In this document: one piece after another, positions 1 to 20,130 of the stretch | Layout of the letters: each line of letters opens with the position of its first letter | Position numbering within the stretch: the stretch's first letter is position 1 | NCBI RefSeq assembly: GCF_009914755.1 | Contig: NC_060948.1 | Origin: the human T2T-CHM13v2.0 reference genome, Homo sapiens | Reading direction: 5' to 3' (one strand) | DNA: 64,000 nt | Notes under the pieces: model-generated | Database searches by the model: none | What the model was told of the DNA's origin: nothing | The model's input: only the letters and a program-made list of their open reading frames with translations | Made by a program: the position numbers and the translations under genes

Positions 1-320
1 GGAACTCACACCCTCAGCTCTCCTGGGTCTCAGGTCTTCACACTCACACTGGACTCACACCTTCGGCTCTTCTGGGTCTCGGCCCTTCAGGAACTCAGAC
101 CCTCGGCTCTCCTGGGTCTCAGGACTTCAGACTCACACTGGAATTCACACTTTTAGCTCTCCTGGGTCTCAGGCCTTCAGACTCAGACAGGAACTCACGC
201 CATCAGCTCTCCTGGGTCTCAGGCCTTCAGACTGGAACTCACACCCTTGGCTCTCCTGAGACTCAGGCCTTCAGACTCAGACTGGAATCCACACCATTTG
301 CTGTCCTGGGTCTCCAGCTT
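1..320 (+). repeat. Tandem repeat of ~40-50 bp unit (CTCTCCTGGGTCTCAGGCCTTCAGACTCA...), ~7 copies, amplified from inside an MLT2 LTR
   Basis: Core recurs near 18, 68, 108, 157, 206, 251 and 301; the last copy continues into MLT2-like TCCTGGGTCTCCAGCTTGCTGAC. Confidence 0.8.
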
Positions 321-463
321 GCTGACCTTGTATCCTAAAGTTTCTAACACTTCATATTCACTTGAGTCAATTCCTTATTAGATAGATAGATAGATAGATA
401 CATACATACATACATACAGAATCTCTTGTTGGTCATGTTCCTCTGGAGACCCTGATTAATGCA
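290..463 (+). mobile_element. MLT2 (ERVL) LTR 3' end with internal (GATA)n(CATA)n microsatellite at ~378-420
   Basis: Ends TTGGTCATGTTCCTCTGGAGACCCTGATTAATGCA, resembling the MLT2 terminus TTGGTTCTGTTTCTCTGGAGAACCCTGACTAATACA. Confidence 0.7.
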
Positions 464-872
464 TTCACAACAGCCAAAAGGTGGACCCAACCCCACACGC
501 ATCAGTGGTCATACGAATAAACACAATGTGGTAGATTCACACAGTGGAATATTACGCAGCCATGAAAAGGAACGAGGCTCTGATACAGGCTGCCGCGTGC
601 ATGAACGTTGAGGACACCATGCTCACTGAGAGGTGCCAGACACAAAAGACCACACAGTGTTTCCTTCTGTGAAATTTCCAGAACAGGGAAATCCACAGAG
701 AGGGAGAAAGTGGATTTGGGGTTGCTAGGGGCTGGGGAGGAAGAAAGGGGAGTGACTGCTTCATATTAGTTACAGGGTGTACTTTGGAGGACTATGGTGG
801 TCTGGACCTAGACAGAGGTGATGGTTTCATAACCATCACCCATGTACTAAACGCCTCTGAATTATACACTGA
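464..872 (+). mobile_element. L1M (L1MB-like) 3' end fragment, resuming at ~1315-1365 after an Alu
   Basis: TTCACAACAGCCAAAAGGTGG, ACAGTGGAATATTACGCAGCCATGAAAAGGAA and GCCAGACACAAAAGACCACA are typical L1M 3' motifs. Confidence 0.8.
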
Positions 873-887
873 AAGAAAAAAAAAAAA

Positions 888-1337
<450 letters not shown>

Positions 1338-2321
1338 TCACCTCAATGAAAAATAAAAATTAAAAGAGTATACTGATGGGGAAATAAGAGATTTAAAATT
1401 AAACACACCTGCTCCACTTCCCTCAACCCCAAGAACCGAGGCTGCCCGTCTCCTTTCCTTCGTGTTCTCCCTGCAGAGATGAGGCCGTAACAGAGAAGGC
1501 AGTTGTCACTGAGAAGGATCTCGTGGGCTGGAGGCGTTCAGCAGCGACGTTTTCCCGCTGTGATATCCCCATACCCCCTTCTTATTCTTGTGAGCCGAGC
1601 CATATCTTACGCTGGGCTTGATTCAAGACAAGTTCAGCTTGACAATTACAAAGGCAATGTTGGATGTTGTATTCGTGACAATGAGTGTTTCATAGGGTGA
1701 GACCGTCAGGCGCCTGGCGGTGACAGAATCACAGCGGATCACGACCTCAGCTGACATTGTAGGATTTCCGCCTGCTCACCGAGTTATAAAGAGGAGTTTT
1801 GGGTGGAAGAAATCACCCTTTTTTCTTTTCTTCCTTCAGTCGGGCGTTTCTGGCAGCCAGGGACCTCTTGTGAATGAAAGAAACGCTTTCCAACAATTGC
1901 GCTGTGTGTCTGTGACAAAAAAGACTCTGGGAGAAAAAGCTTTGCAGTTGACGTGGGCGCGGAGCACGAGGGCAGGCTTTGAAAGACTTCCCCAGCACGT
2001 CGGCTTTGGGGAAGTTCCACGTCGGCTCACACATGGCATTTTGGAGACTACAGATCAATGACAGGGGACTGTGAAGGTCTTCCCTGCCAGAGTGCACTCT
2101 CTGTACAGGAAAGAGATCTCAAACCCCACGCCTGCAGGGATGATGGCTGGGGAGGAGGAGGAGGTGTGCAAAGGAGAGTTGTAAGGTTGCAGACGTGCAG
2201 CGACATCTGGGTCCAGGAAGATTCCACACATCAGGGGACAGTCCTTTTGATCTGCAAGATAAAGTCAGTTCTACAAAGCTCAGGAACAGCGGAGGTCTTC
2301 ACGGAAGCTTTCACTGTCCTA

Positions 2322-3110
<789 letters not shown>

Positions 3111-3240
3111 CTCTTAAATTTTTAATTCTGAGAAGCAAAGTCTAAGGTTTTGGAATTCTCAGCGTGCTGAGATGGCTCAATGTTACTTATTGGCCTGAGA
3201 GTGTCCCAGAAGGAATAAACAAAAATCTGAATAATTCTGA

Positions 3241-3910
<670 letters not shown>

Positions 3911-4092
3911 CATTTTCTTACTCTACTAGATTTTACTCACAGGCGGGGCATGGGGGGAGTATGAATTATGTTAAGTAGATACCTTGTGTAAAGGTTCAGC
4001 TGAGAAAAGTGAGAAGTGGGCCCTGGTTTGGTTTAAGGAAACAGGTCTGGTTGGTGCAAGGCTGTTAGTGGTGGCTTTTGCGTTCACTCTGA

Positions 4093-5043
<951 letters not shown>

Positions 5044-5217
5044 TTTACCATCCACATGGAAGGGACTGGATGGACCATCAGCCCAAATGCCTGGCCCAGA
5101 GATCTCATCCAAGTCCCAAAAGAGCCAGAACTGAAGAGCTTTCAGTTGTGAAGGACAGAAAGGTAGTTCTATGGGGAGGAAGAAATGACAGATGTGTTCC
5201 CTTATCAATACCCACTA

Positions 5218-5646
<429 letters not shown>

Positions 5647-5678
5647 TTAAATCCTCAGTAAAACAACTCACTGCAAAA

Positions 5679-6118
<440 letters not shown>

Positions 6119-6133
6119 GCTGACTTAAATCTA

Positions 6134-6542
<409 letters not shown>

Positions 6543-6571
6543 TCACCGTTAAAAAGACGGAAATGCTAACA

Positions 6572-7569
6572 TGTATTAGTCAAGTTTCTCTAAAGAGACA
6601 GGACTAATAAAATAGATGAATATATGCAGGGCAGTTTGTGAGGTCTCTGAGCCCAAGCCAAGCCATCGCATCCCCTGTGACTTGCACGTATATGCCCAGG
6701 TGGCCTGAAGTAACTGAAGAATCACAAAAGAAGTGAAAACGTCCTGCCCTGCCTTAACTGATGACATTCCACCACAAAAGAAGTGAAAATGGCCGGTCCT
6801 TAAGTGATGACATTACCTTGTGAAAATCCTTTTCCTGGCCCATCCTGGCTCAGAAAGTTCCCCCACTGAGCACCTTGCAACCTCCACTCCTGCCTGCCAG
6901 AGAACAAACCCCCTTTGACTGTAATTTTCCTTTATCTACCCAAATCCTATAAAAGAGCCCCACCCTTATCTCCCTCCCCTGACTCTGTTTTCGGACTCAG
7001 CCCGCCTGCACGCAGGTGATTAAAAGTTTTATTGCTCACACAAAGCCTGTTTGGTGGTCTCCACACGGACGTACATGAAAGAGTTTATCGGAAGAATTAG
7101 CTCACACGATCACAAGGTAAAGCCCTACAATAGCCCGTCTACAAGCTGAGGAGGCAGGAAGCCAGTCTGAGTCCCAAAACCTCAAAAGTAGGGAAGCTGA
7201 CATGGCAGCCTTCAGTCTGTGGCCGAAAGCTCAAGAGTCCCTGGTAAAACCACTGGTGTCAGTCCAAGAGTCCAAAAGGCGAAGAGCTTGAAGTCTGAGT
7301 TTCAATGGCAGGAAGTGTCCAGCACAGGAGAAAGATGGAGGCTGGAAGATACAGCCAGTCTAGTCCTTGCACGCTCCTTTGCCTGCTTTATTCTAGCTGC
7401 GGTGGCAGCAGATGAGAGGGTGCCCACCCAGCTTGAGGGTGGCTGTGCCTCTCCCAGTCCACTGACTCAAATGTTATTCTCCTTTGGCAACACCCTCACA
7501 GATACACCCAGGAACAATACTTTGCATCCTTCCGTTCAATCAAGTTGACGCTCAGTATTAACCATCGCA
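6572..7569 (-). mobile_element. MLT2A (HERV-L/ERVL) solo LTR
   Basis: Starts TGTATTAGTC and ends CAGTATTAACCATCGCA (reverse complement of the MLT2A termini); perfect 5-bp TSD TAACA at 6567-6571 and 7570-7574. Confidence 0.9.
6637..7080 (+). mobile_element. LTR7 (HERV-H) solo LTR
   Basis: TGTGAGGTCTCTGAGCCCAAGCCAAGCCATCGC...GGACGTACATGAAA; duplicated CACAAAAGAAGTGAAAA block, TATA-like CCTATAAAA, ATTAAA polyA signal; TSD CAGTT/GAGTT. Confidence 0.92.
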
Positions 7570-7814
7570 TAACACCTGCTCCAACACGGATGGACCTTTG
7601 AGAACATGACGCTGAGAGAAAGAAGCCAGATGCAAAAAGACAAATACTCTAGGATTCCACTTATATGAGGTCCCTAGAGTCGTCAAATTTGTAGACACGG
7701 AAAATAGAGTCGTGGGTGCCGGGGGCTTGGGGAGGGAGAAAAGGGGACAGAGTTTCAGTTTTGCAAGACGGGAAACGTCAAAAAGATTTTTTGCATAAAA
7801 AGGGAAAAGACTTA

Positions 7815-8152
<338 letters not shown>

Positions 8153-8244
8153 TTACAAAGGCTCAAGATGGTAAATTTTATGTCTCATGTGGGGTTTTTT
8201 TAACCTCAATCAAAAATTATGGAAACAAGATAAATACCAAAATT

Positions 8245-8915
8245 ATATTTATAGGGTTTATACGGTTGTGACCCAAACAGTGGAATTTGTAGGGTTGTGA
8301 CCCAGAGGGCTAAGATTTGTAGGGTTACGACCCAGAGGGCTAGAATTCATAGGGTTGTGACCCACGGGGCTAAGATTCGTAGGGTTATGACCCAGAGGGC
8401 TAGAATTCATAGGGTTGTGACCCAGGGGGCTAAGATTCGTAGGGTACGACCCAGAGGGCTAGAATTCATAGGGTTGTGACCCAGCGGGCTAAGATTCGTA
8501 GGGTTATGACCCAGAGGGCTAGAATTCATAGGGTTGTGACCCACGGGGCTAAGATTCGTAGGGTTATGACCCAGAGGGCTAGAATTCATAGGGTTGTGAC
8601 CCACGGGGCTAAGATTCGTAGGGTTATGACCCAGAGGGCTAGAATTCATAGGGTTGTGACCGAGGGGGCTAAGATTTGTAGGGTTACGACCCAGAGGGCT
8701 AGAATTCATAGGGTTGTGACCGAGGGGGCTAAGATTCGTAGGGTATGACCCAGAGGGCTAGAATTCATAGGGTTGTGACCCAGGGGGCTAAGATTCGTAG
8801 GGTATGACCCAGAGGGCTAGAATTCATAGGGTTGTGACCCAGGGGGCTAAGATTCATAGGGTTATGACCCAGAGGGCTGGATTTGTAGGGTTGTGACTCA
8901 TAGGGGTGGATTTGT
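8245..8915. repeat. Minisatellite of ~30-bp monomers organised as a ~60-bp dimer (~10 dimers)
   Basis: Alternating GGGCTAAGATTCGTAGGGTTATGACCCAGA and GGGCTAGAATTCATAGGGTTGTGACCCACG. Confidence 0.95.
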
Positions 8916-9559
8916 CCAATGAAAGTCAAAGACTGTGGGAAAACTGATTCCTCTGTTTACACCTGGGTAATGATTGAACCAGCCCACTCCACGCTAGGCT
9001 GCGTTCTGCCATGTTCATTTCTCTCAATGCATGAGGTTACTCATGTTGAGCATCGGGCAATCTTCACGCAGAGATTGCTTTTCGCTCCTTCCTCTCTCTT
9101 TGGCAATTCTCTTTCCATCGTGCAGTGAAACACTGGGGAACTTTATTTGCCATGTTTTTATGAGTGGTACTCAGGTTTTATGAGAGTCCCACAACCTTCC
9201 TGACATATGTCTTTCTGCTTTCAGACACCCATTTTTGGCATCCTTTTTTTTTTAATGTTAATTCACTTGGTATTCAAAAGTATGTCTCAAACTCAGGGTT
9301 GTTTCGATTTAATTTGAATTTTGCCTCCAGGTGCCATGGGAGACCCCCGGGCTGCTCCTGGGGCGCTGTGAACGTGTGACGTGGGGAGGGAAACGAACTC
9401 CGTGTGCCAAGCCCTCCGGGTACGTAAAGCTTAGAGGAGCTGAGACCTGGTGATGGGCTTCATGGTGCCTTTGGAGGAAGCCCTTTGGGGAATGTGATAT
9501 GTCCCTTTGAGCCAAAGAGAGTCTAAGGATTTGTGTTCTGCTCCAAGGAGTAGGTAGAG

Positions 9560-12500
9560 TTTGGGGGAGGGATTTGCTGAAAAGGGGAGCCATAGGGCTG
9601 GGACCTATAGCTGTAGGAATTATAGGCTGAGATCCACAGCTCTCTGGCATATAGATGGCTCGATCTGTGGGGCTAAGAGTTGTAGGGTTATGACCCATAG
9701 AGCTGGATTAGTAGGGTCGTGACCCATGGTACTGGGACTCATAGGGTTATAACCCAAAGGGATGGATTCGTAGGGTTATGACTCAGAAGGCTGAATTTGT
9801 CGAGTTGTGACCCAGAGGGCTAGAATTTGTAGGCTTGTGGCCCAAAGGGATGAGATTTGTAGGATTATGAGCTACAGGGCTAGATTCCTAGGGTTCTGAC
9901 CCATGGGGCTGGGATTGATAGGGTTGACACCCAAAGGGCTGAATTCATAGGGTCGTGACTCATTGTGCTGGATTTGCTGAATTTTGACTCAGAGGGCTAA
10001 GAGTTGTAGGGTTATGCCTTATAAAGCTAGATTGATTGTGTTGTGACCCATGGGGCTGAGATTTATAGGGTTGCGACCCAAAGGGCTGAATTCGTAGGGT
10101 CATGACTCATTGTGCTGGATTTGCTGGGTTTTGACTCAGAGGGCTAAGAGTTGTAGGATTATGCCCTAGAAAGCTAGATTGATTGGGTTGTGACCCATGG
10201 GGCTGGGATTCATAGGGTTGTGACCCAAATGGCTGCACTTGTAGATTTGTGACCCAGAAGGCTACAATTCATAGGGTTGTGACACAGAGGGCTAAGAGTT
10301 GTAGGGTTATGATGCATAGAGTTAGATTTGTATGGCTTTGGTCCATGGGGCTGGGATTCATAGGGTTGTCACCCAAAGGGCTGAATTCATAGGGTTGTGA
10401 CTCATAGGGCTGGATTTGCTGAGTTTTGACTCAGAGGGCTAAGAGTTGCAGGATTATGCCCTAGAAAGCTAGATTGATTGGGTTGTGACCCATGGGGCTG
10501 GGATATATAGGGTTGTGACCCAAATGGCTGGACTTGTAGATTTGTGACCCAGAAGGCTACAATTCATAGGGTTGTGACACAGAGGGCTAAGAGTTGTAGG
10601 GTTATGACGCATAGAGTTAGATTTGTATGGCTTTAGCCCATGGGGCTGGGATTCATAGGGGTGTCACCCAAAGGGCTGAATTCGTAGGATTGTGACTCAT
10701 AGGGCTGGATTTGCTGAGTTTTGACTCAGAGGGCTAAGAGTTGCAGGATTATGCCCTAGAAAGCTAGATTGATTGGGTTGTGACCCATGGGGCTGGGATA
10801 TATAGGGTTGTGACCCAAATGGCTGGACTTGTAGATTTGTGACCCAGAAGGCTACAATTCATAGGGTTGTGACACAGAGGGCTAAGAGTTGTAGGGTTAT
10901 GACGCATAGAGTTAGATTTGTATGGCTTTAGCCCATGGGGCTGGGATTCATAGGGGTGTCACCCAAAGGGCTGAATTCGTAGGATTGTGACTCATAGGGC
11001 TGGATTTGCTGAGTTTTGACTCAGAGGGCTAAGAGTTGCAGGATTATGCCCTAGAAAGCTAGATTGATTGGGTTGTGACCCATGGGGCTGGGATATATAG
11101 GGTTGTGACCCAAATGGCTGGACTTGTAGATTTGTGACCCAGAAGGCTACAATTCATAGGGTTGTGACACAGAGGGCTAAGAGTTGTAGGGTTATGACGC
11201 ATAGAGTTAGATTTGTATGGCTTTGGCCCATGGGGCTGGGATTCATAGGGTTGTCACCCAAAGGGCTGAATTCGTAGGGTTGTGACTCATAGGGCTGGAT
11301 TTGCTGAGTTTTGACTCAGAGGGCTAAGAGTTGCAGGATTATGCCCTAGAAAGCTAGATTGATTGGGTTGTGACCCATGGGGCTGGGATATATAGGGTTG
11401 TGACCCAAATGGCTGGACTTGTAGATTTGTGACCCAGAAGGCTACAATTCATAGGGTTGTGACACAGAGGGCTAAGAGTTGTAGGGTTATGACGCATAGA
11501 GTTAGATTTGTATGGCTTTAGCCCATGGGGCTGGGATTCATAGGGGTGTCACCCAAAGGGCTGAATTCGTAGGATTGTGACTCATAGGGCTGGATTTGCT
11601 GAGTTTTGACTCAGAGGGCTAAGAGTTGCAGGATTATGCCCTAGAAAGCTAGATTGATTGGGTTGTGACCCATGGGGCTGGGATATATAGGGTTGTGACC
11701 CAAATGGCTGGACTTGTAGATTTGTGACCCAGAAGGCTACAATTCATAGGGTTGTGACACAGAGGGCTAAGAGTTGTAGGGTTATGACGCATAGAGTTAG
11801 ATTTGTATGGCTTTGGCCCATGGGGCTGGGATTCATAGGGTTGTCACCCAAAGGGCTGAATTCGTAGGGTTGTGACTCATAGGGCTGGATTTGCTGAGTT
11901 TTGACTCAGAGGGCTAAGAGTTGCAGGATTATGCCCTAGAAAGCTAGATTGATTGGGTTGTGACCCATGGGGCTGGGATTCATAGGGTTGTGACCCAAAT
12001 GGCTGCACTTGTAGATTTGTGACCCAGAAGGCTACAATTCATAGGGTTGTGACACAGAGGGCTAAGAGTTGTAGGGTTATGACGCATAGAGTTAGATTTG
12101 TATGGCTTTAGCCCATGGGGCTGGGATTCATAGGGGTGTCACCCAAAGGGCTGAATTCGTAGGGTTGTGACTCATAGGGCTGGATTTGCTGAGTTTTGAC
12201 TCAGAGGGCTAAGAGTTGCAGGATTATGCCCTAGAAAGCTAGATTGATTGGGTTGTGACCCATGGGGCTGGGATATATAGGGTTGTGACCCAAATGGCTG
12301 GACTTGTAGATTTGTGACCCAGAAGGCTACAATTCATAGGGTTGTGACACAGAGGGCTAAGAGTTGTAGGGTTATGACGCATAGAGTTAGATTTGTATGG
12401 CTTTAGCCCATGGGGCTGGGATTCATAGGGGTGTCACCCAAAGGGCTGAATTCGTAGGATTGTGACTCATAGGGCTGGATTTGCTGAGTTTTGACTCAGA

Positions 12501-13860
12501 GGGCTAAGAGTTGCAGGATTATGCCCTAGAAAGCTAGATTGATTGGGTTGTGACCCATGGGGCTGGGATATATAGGGTTGTGACCCAAATGGCTGGACTT
12601 GTAGATTTGTGACCCAGAAGGCTACAATTCATAGGGTTGTGACACAGAGGGCTAAGAGTTGTAGGGTTATGACGCATAGAGTTAGATTTGTATGGCTTTA
12701 GCCCATGGGGCTGGGATTCATAGGGGTGTCACCCAAAGGGCTGAATTCGTAGGATTGTGACTCATAGGGCTGGATTTGCTGAGTTTTGACTCAGAGGGCT
12801 AAGAGTTGCAGGATTATGCCCTAGAAAGCTAGATTGATTGGGTTGTGACCCATGGGGCTGGGATATATAGGGTTGTGACCCAAATGGCTGGACTTGTAGA
12901 TTTGTGACCCAGAAGGCTACAATTCATAGGGTTGTGACACAGAGGGCTAAGAGTTGTAGGGTTATGACGCATAGAGTTAGATTTGTATGGCTTTAGCCCA
13001 TGGGGCTGGGATTCATAGGGGTGTCACCCAAAGGGCTGAATTCGTAGGATTGTGACTCATAGGGCTGGATTTGCTGAGTTTTGACTCAGAGGGCTAAGAG
13101 TTGCAGGATTATGCCCTAGAAAGCTAGATTGATTGGGTTGTGACCCATGGGGCTGGGATATATAGGGTTGTGACCCAAATGGCTGGACTTGTAGATTTGT
13201 GACCCAGAAGGCTACAATTCATAGGGTTGTGACACAGAGGGCTAAGAGTTGTAGGGTTATGACGCATAGAGTTAGATTTGTATGGCTTTGGCCCATGGGG
13301 CTGGGATTCATAGGGTTGTCACCCAAAGGGCTGAATTCGTAGGGTTGTGACTCATAGGGCTGGATTTGCTGAGTTGTGACTCAGAGGACTTAGAGGTGTA
13401 GGGTCATGCCCCATTGAGCTAGATTCATAGGGTTGTGATCCAAGGGACTGAATTCATAGGGTTGTGACTCATAGTGCTGGATTTGCTGAGTTGTGATTCA
13501 GAGGGCTAAGAGTTGTAGGATTATGACCCATAGGGCTGGATTCGTATGGTTGTGACCCATGGGGCTGGGATTCATAGGGCTGGCATCTATAGAGTTGTAT
13601 TCATAGGGTTGGAATTCAGTGAATGGAGCTGATTAGGGCTCGGTCATATTTGCTTGATTTTATAAGGCTAGAACTCATAAGTCTGGGGTCTGTAGAGTTG
13701 GGAATTTTAGGGCTGGACTCTATAGGGTTGGAATCCGTACTGCTAGGACATGTATTGGTGTGTCTCATATAAATGGATTTCATGAGGTTGATATCATACA
13801 TTGAACCCCTTAGGGTTGATATCCCTGAGTCTGAAAAGTATAGGGTTGTGACTCATGGGC
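9560..13860. repeat. Satellite-like array of ~29.5-bp monomers; homogeneous 295-bp higher-order repeat (~11 copies, ~10080-13380) with degenerate flanks
   Basis: GGATTATGCCCTAGAAAG recurs exactly every 295 bp at 10156, 10451, 10746 ... 13106. Confidence 0.97.
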
Positions 13861-13929
13861 ATTACAGGCGTAGAATGGGTTTTAAACTGGACCACGAGTC
13901 ATTTGAGTGATGCAGAGAAGAGCTCATAG

Positions 13930-15740
<1,811 letters not shown>

Positions 15741-15902
15741 AAGAATGTACACACTTTTTAGGGTTGAGGAATTCCATAGGTTTTTAGGGTTGAGCAAATG
15801 CATACCTTTCATCAGATCCTCAAACAGCCTTGTCAAACCTGACTCCTCTTCCTATAACTTGTGGTGGACGAATATTACAAAAGAAAAGAAAACTTTGGTC
15901 TT

Positions 15903-16199
15903 GGCCAGGCGCGGTGGCTCACACCTGTAATCCCAGCACTTTGGGTAGCCGAGGGGGGCGGATCATGAAGTCAGGAGTTCGAGACCAGCCTGACCAACAT
16001 GGTGAAACCCCATCTCTACTAAAAATACAAAAAAATCAGCCAGGTGTGGTGGTGGGCGCCTGTAATCCCAGCTACTCGGGAGGTCGAGGCACGAGAATCA
16101 CTGGAACCCGGGAGGCGGAGGTTTCAGTGAGCCGAGATTGTGCCATTGCCCTCCAGCTTAGGCAATGAGAGCAAAACTCTGCCTCAATTAAAAAAAAAA
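15903..16199 (+). mobile_element. AluS
   Basis: Alu consensus match. Confidence 0.92.
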
Positions 16200-16849
16200 T
16201 TAGTCTTATAGAGCACCAAAGACCAACCCTAAACAATGAGATGCAATGTGGCAAAGTCAACCTTTGGAGAGCAAAGGATGCTATGAGCAGAATAGTATTA
16301 CTGTAAATAAATAGCCACAGAGAAGCTGGTGGAGGCTCATCCAAGTCATCTTCATTCATTGCCTGAAATGTGGGTGTTTGTCTGTTTGCCAGATAACTCC
16401 GGCCAGAAATAATTTTGCATAAATAGCATTGATCTTCCAGGACCTCCCTTTGGGCTGAGTTTAGTGCAAAAGTCGCTGATGTTTTCACTTCCTTTGGTGG
16501 GGACTTATTCAAGCTCAGTGAATCTCCTTAAATAATAACCTGTAGCCGGTTCCTAGAAGCCTCCTTTCCTCCTTTTCGTCCTTTCCTGGAGAGACTGGAT
16601 CCTCAGCCATTACATGAAGATACCATCACTGAAGGCATCTCGTTGGTGCCCTGTTGGGTGGATTTTTCTTGATACGGAAGTCCAGGCCATGTCTCTCTCA
16701 GGAATTCTGCCTCTGTGAGTGAGTGCTCATTCCAATGGGTAGCTGGGATCCCACAACTTTGCACTTTGCCTTATGTGTTGATACTGTTGACTGAGTTCAA
16801 ACCTGCATGCTGGAAAGAATGAGGTTTAAACCGGGCCATTTTGTCTATG

Positions 16850-17485
16850 CTAGTGATATAAAAATGACATGCTCTGGAAAATAGTTTGGCAGTTTCTTTT
16901 AAAATTAGACATTGAGCAATCACCTGACTGTTGCACTCCTGGGTAGTTAGCCCAGAGAAATGAAGACTTTTGCTCACACAAAAACCTTTACGTCATGTTT
17001 GTAACAGATTGGTTTGTAATACTCAAAAACTGGAAACAATTTAGATGTCCTTCATCAGCTGAGTAGGTAAACAAACTGTGATACATCTCTACCAGAGAAT
17101 ACTATCTGATAACAAAAAAGAACAGATTATTAACATATGCAACAACCTGGGTGAATCTCCAGGGAATTATGTCAAGTGAAAAAGTAGCATTCTATGTAAT
17201 TCTATGTATGTAGCATTCTTGACCTGGTAAAATTATAGAAATGGAAAACAGATTAGTTGTTGCCAGGGATTAAGGAGGGAGTGGGGGCAGAAGGGAAGTG
17301 GGTATGGCTACAAATAGGCAACAGCAAGGATTCTTGTAGTGATAGAAATGTTTTGTATCTTGGCTATATCAATGTCAATATATGGGTTTGATATTGTACT
17401 ATCAAGATGTTACCACTGCAAGATGTTACCACTGAGGGAAACTCAGTAAAGAGTATATGAGAAAACATAAAAATAATAATAAAGG
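16850..17485 (+). mobile_element. L1MC/L1MD-like 3' region
   Basis: CTGGAAAATAGTTTGGCAGTTTCTT, CCCAGAGAAATGAAGAC, CAACAACCTGGGTGAATCTC and GATTAGTTGTTGCCAGGG. Confidence 0.8.
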
Positions 17486-17578
17486 CAGACATTGCTACCT
17501 AGGGAGAAGGTTGAGACTCACAGAAGGGGATGGGGACATCTCTGGGGACCATTATCTCTGCAGTAAGAGAGAAAAATA

Positions 17579-18351
<773 letters not shown>

Positions 18352-18557
18352 TGGGATTAGCATTCTTACGGGAAGTAGAAGAGACACCAGAGCTCTCTCT
18401 CTCTCTCTATCTGCCATACGAGGACACAGGGAGAAGATACTGTCTATCCACCAAGAAGAGAATCCTCACCAGTAACTGAATCTGGTGACATGCAAACTGC
18501 AGGACTTCCAGTGTCCAAAACTATGAGAAATAAATGTGTAGTGTTTGTGCCCCATAG

Positions 18558-18884
<327 letters not shown>

Positions 18885-19233
18885 TAGTGGATGGTATTGT
18901 GTGATGGCAGCCCCAGCCGACTAACACACTCAGTTTGCAGCAGCAGTCAAGCAGCCTTCTATCCAGGTTGGTGCTTAGCATGAAAGTTGGACCAGCACCC
19001 TTCCTTCTCCAAGTCATCATTCTTCACCAATTTCCCATCTCTGGGAAAGTCTAGATAATAGTTTGTAGATGCTGCTCACATTCTACGCAATACCAAGGAA
19101 GCATATGATTCAAGTAAGTAATTCAGCTTTATCATTTCCTTCGGCACCTGTTCGTAGATTCAGATCCATTCGTTCATTTCTTCACAGTCATCCGTCAGGC
19201 CAATGGGTATTTGCCACCTAAAAAGTAGATCAT

Positions 19234-20130
<897 letters not shown>

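Noticed and set aside
1448-1480. Pyrimidine tract plus CTGCAG splice-acceptor-like site
   Set aside because: No convincing downstream coding frame or partner exons; such motifs are common by chance
8245-13860. Telomere or interstitial (TTAGGG)n array
   Set aside because: TAGGGTT occurs at most once per ~30-bp monomer and never as tandem hexamers
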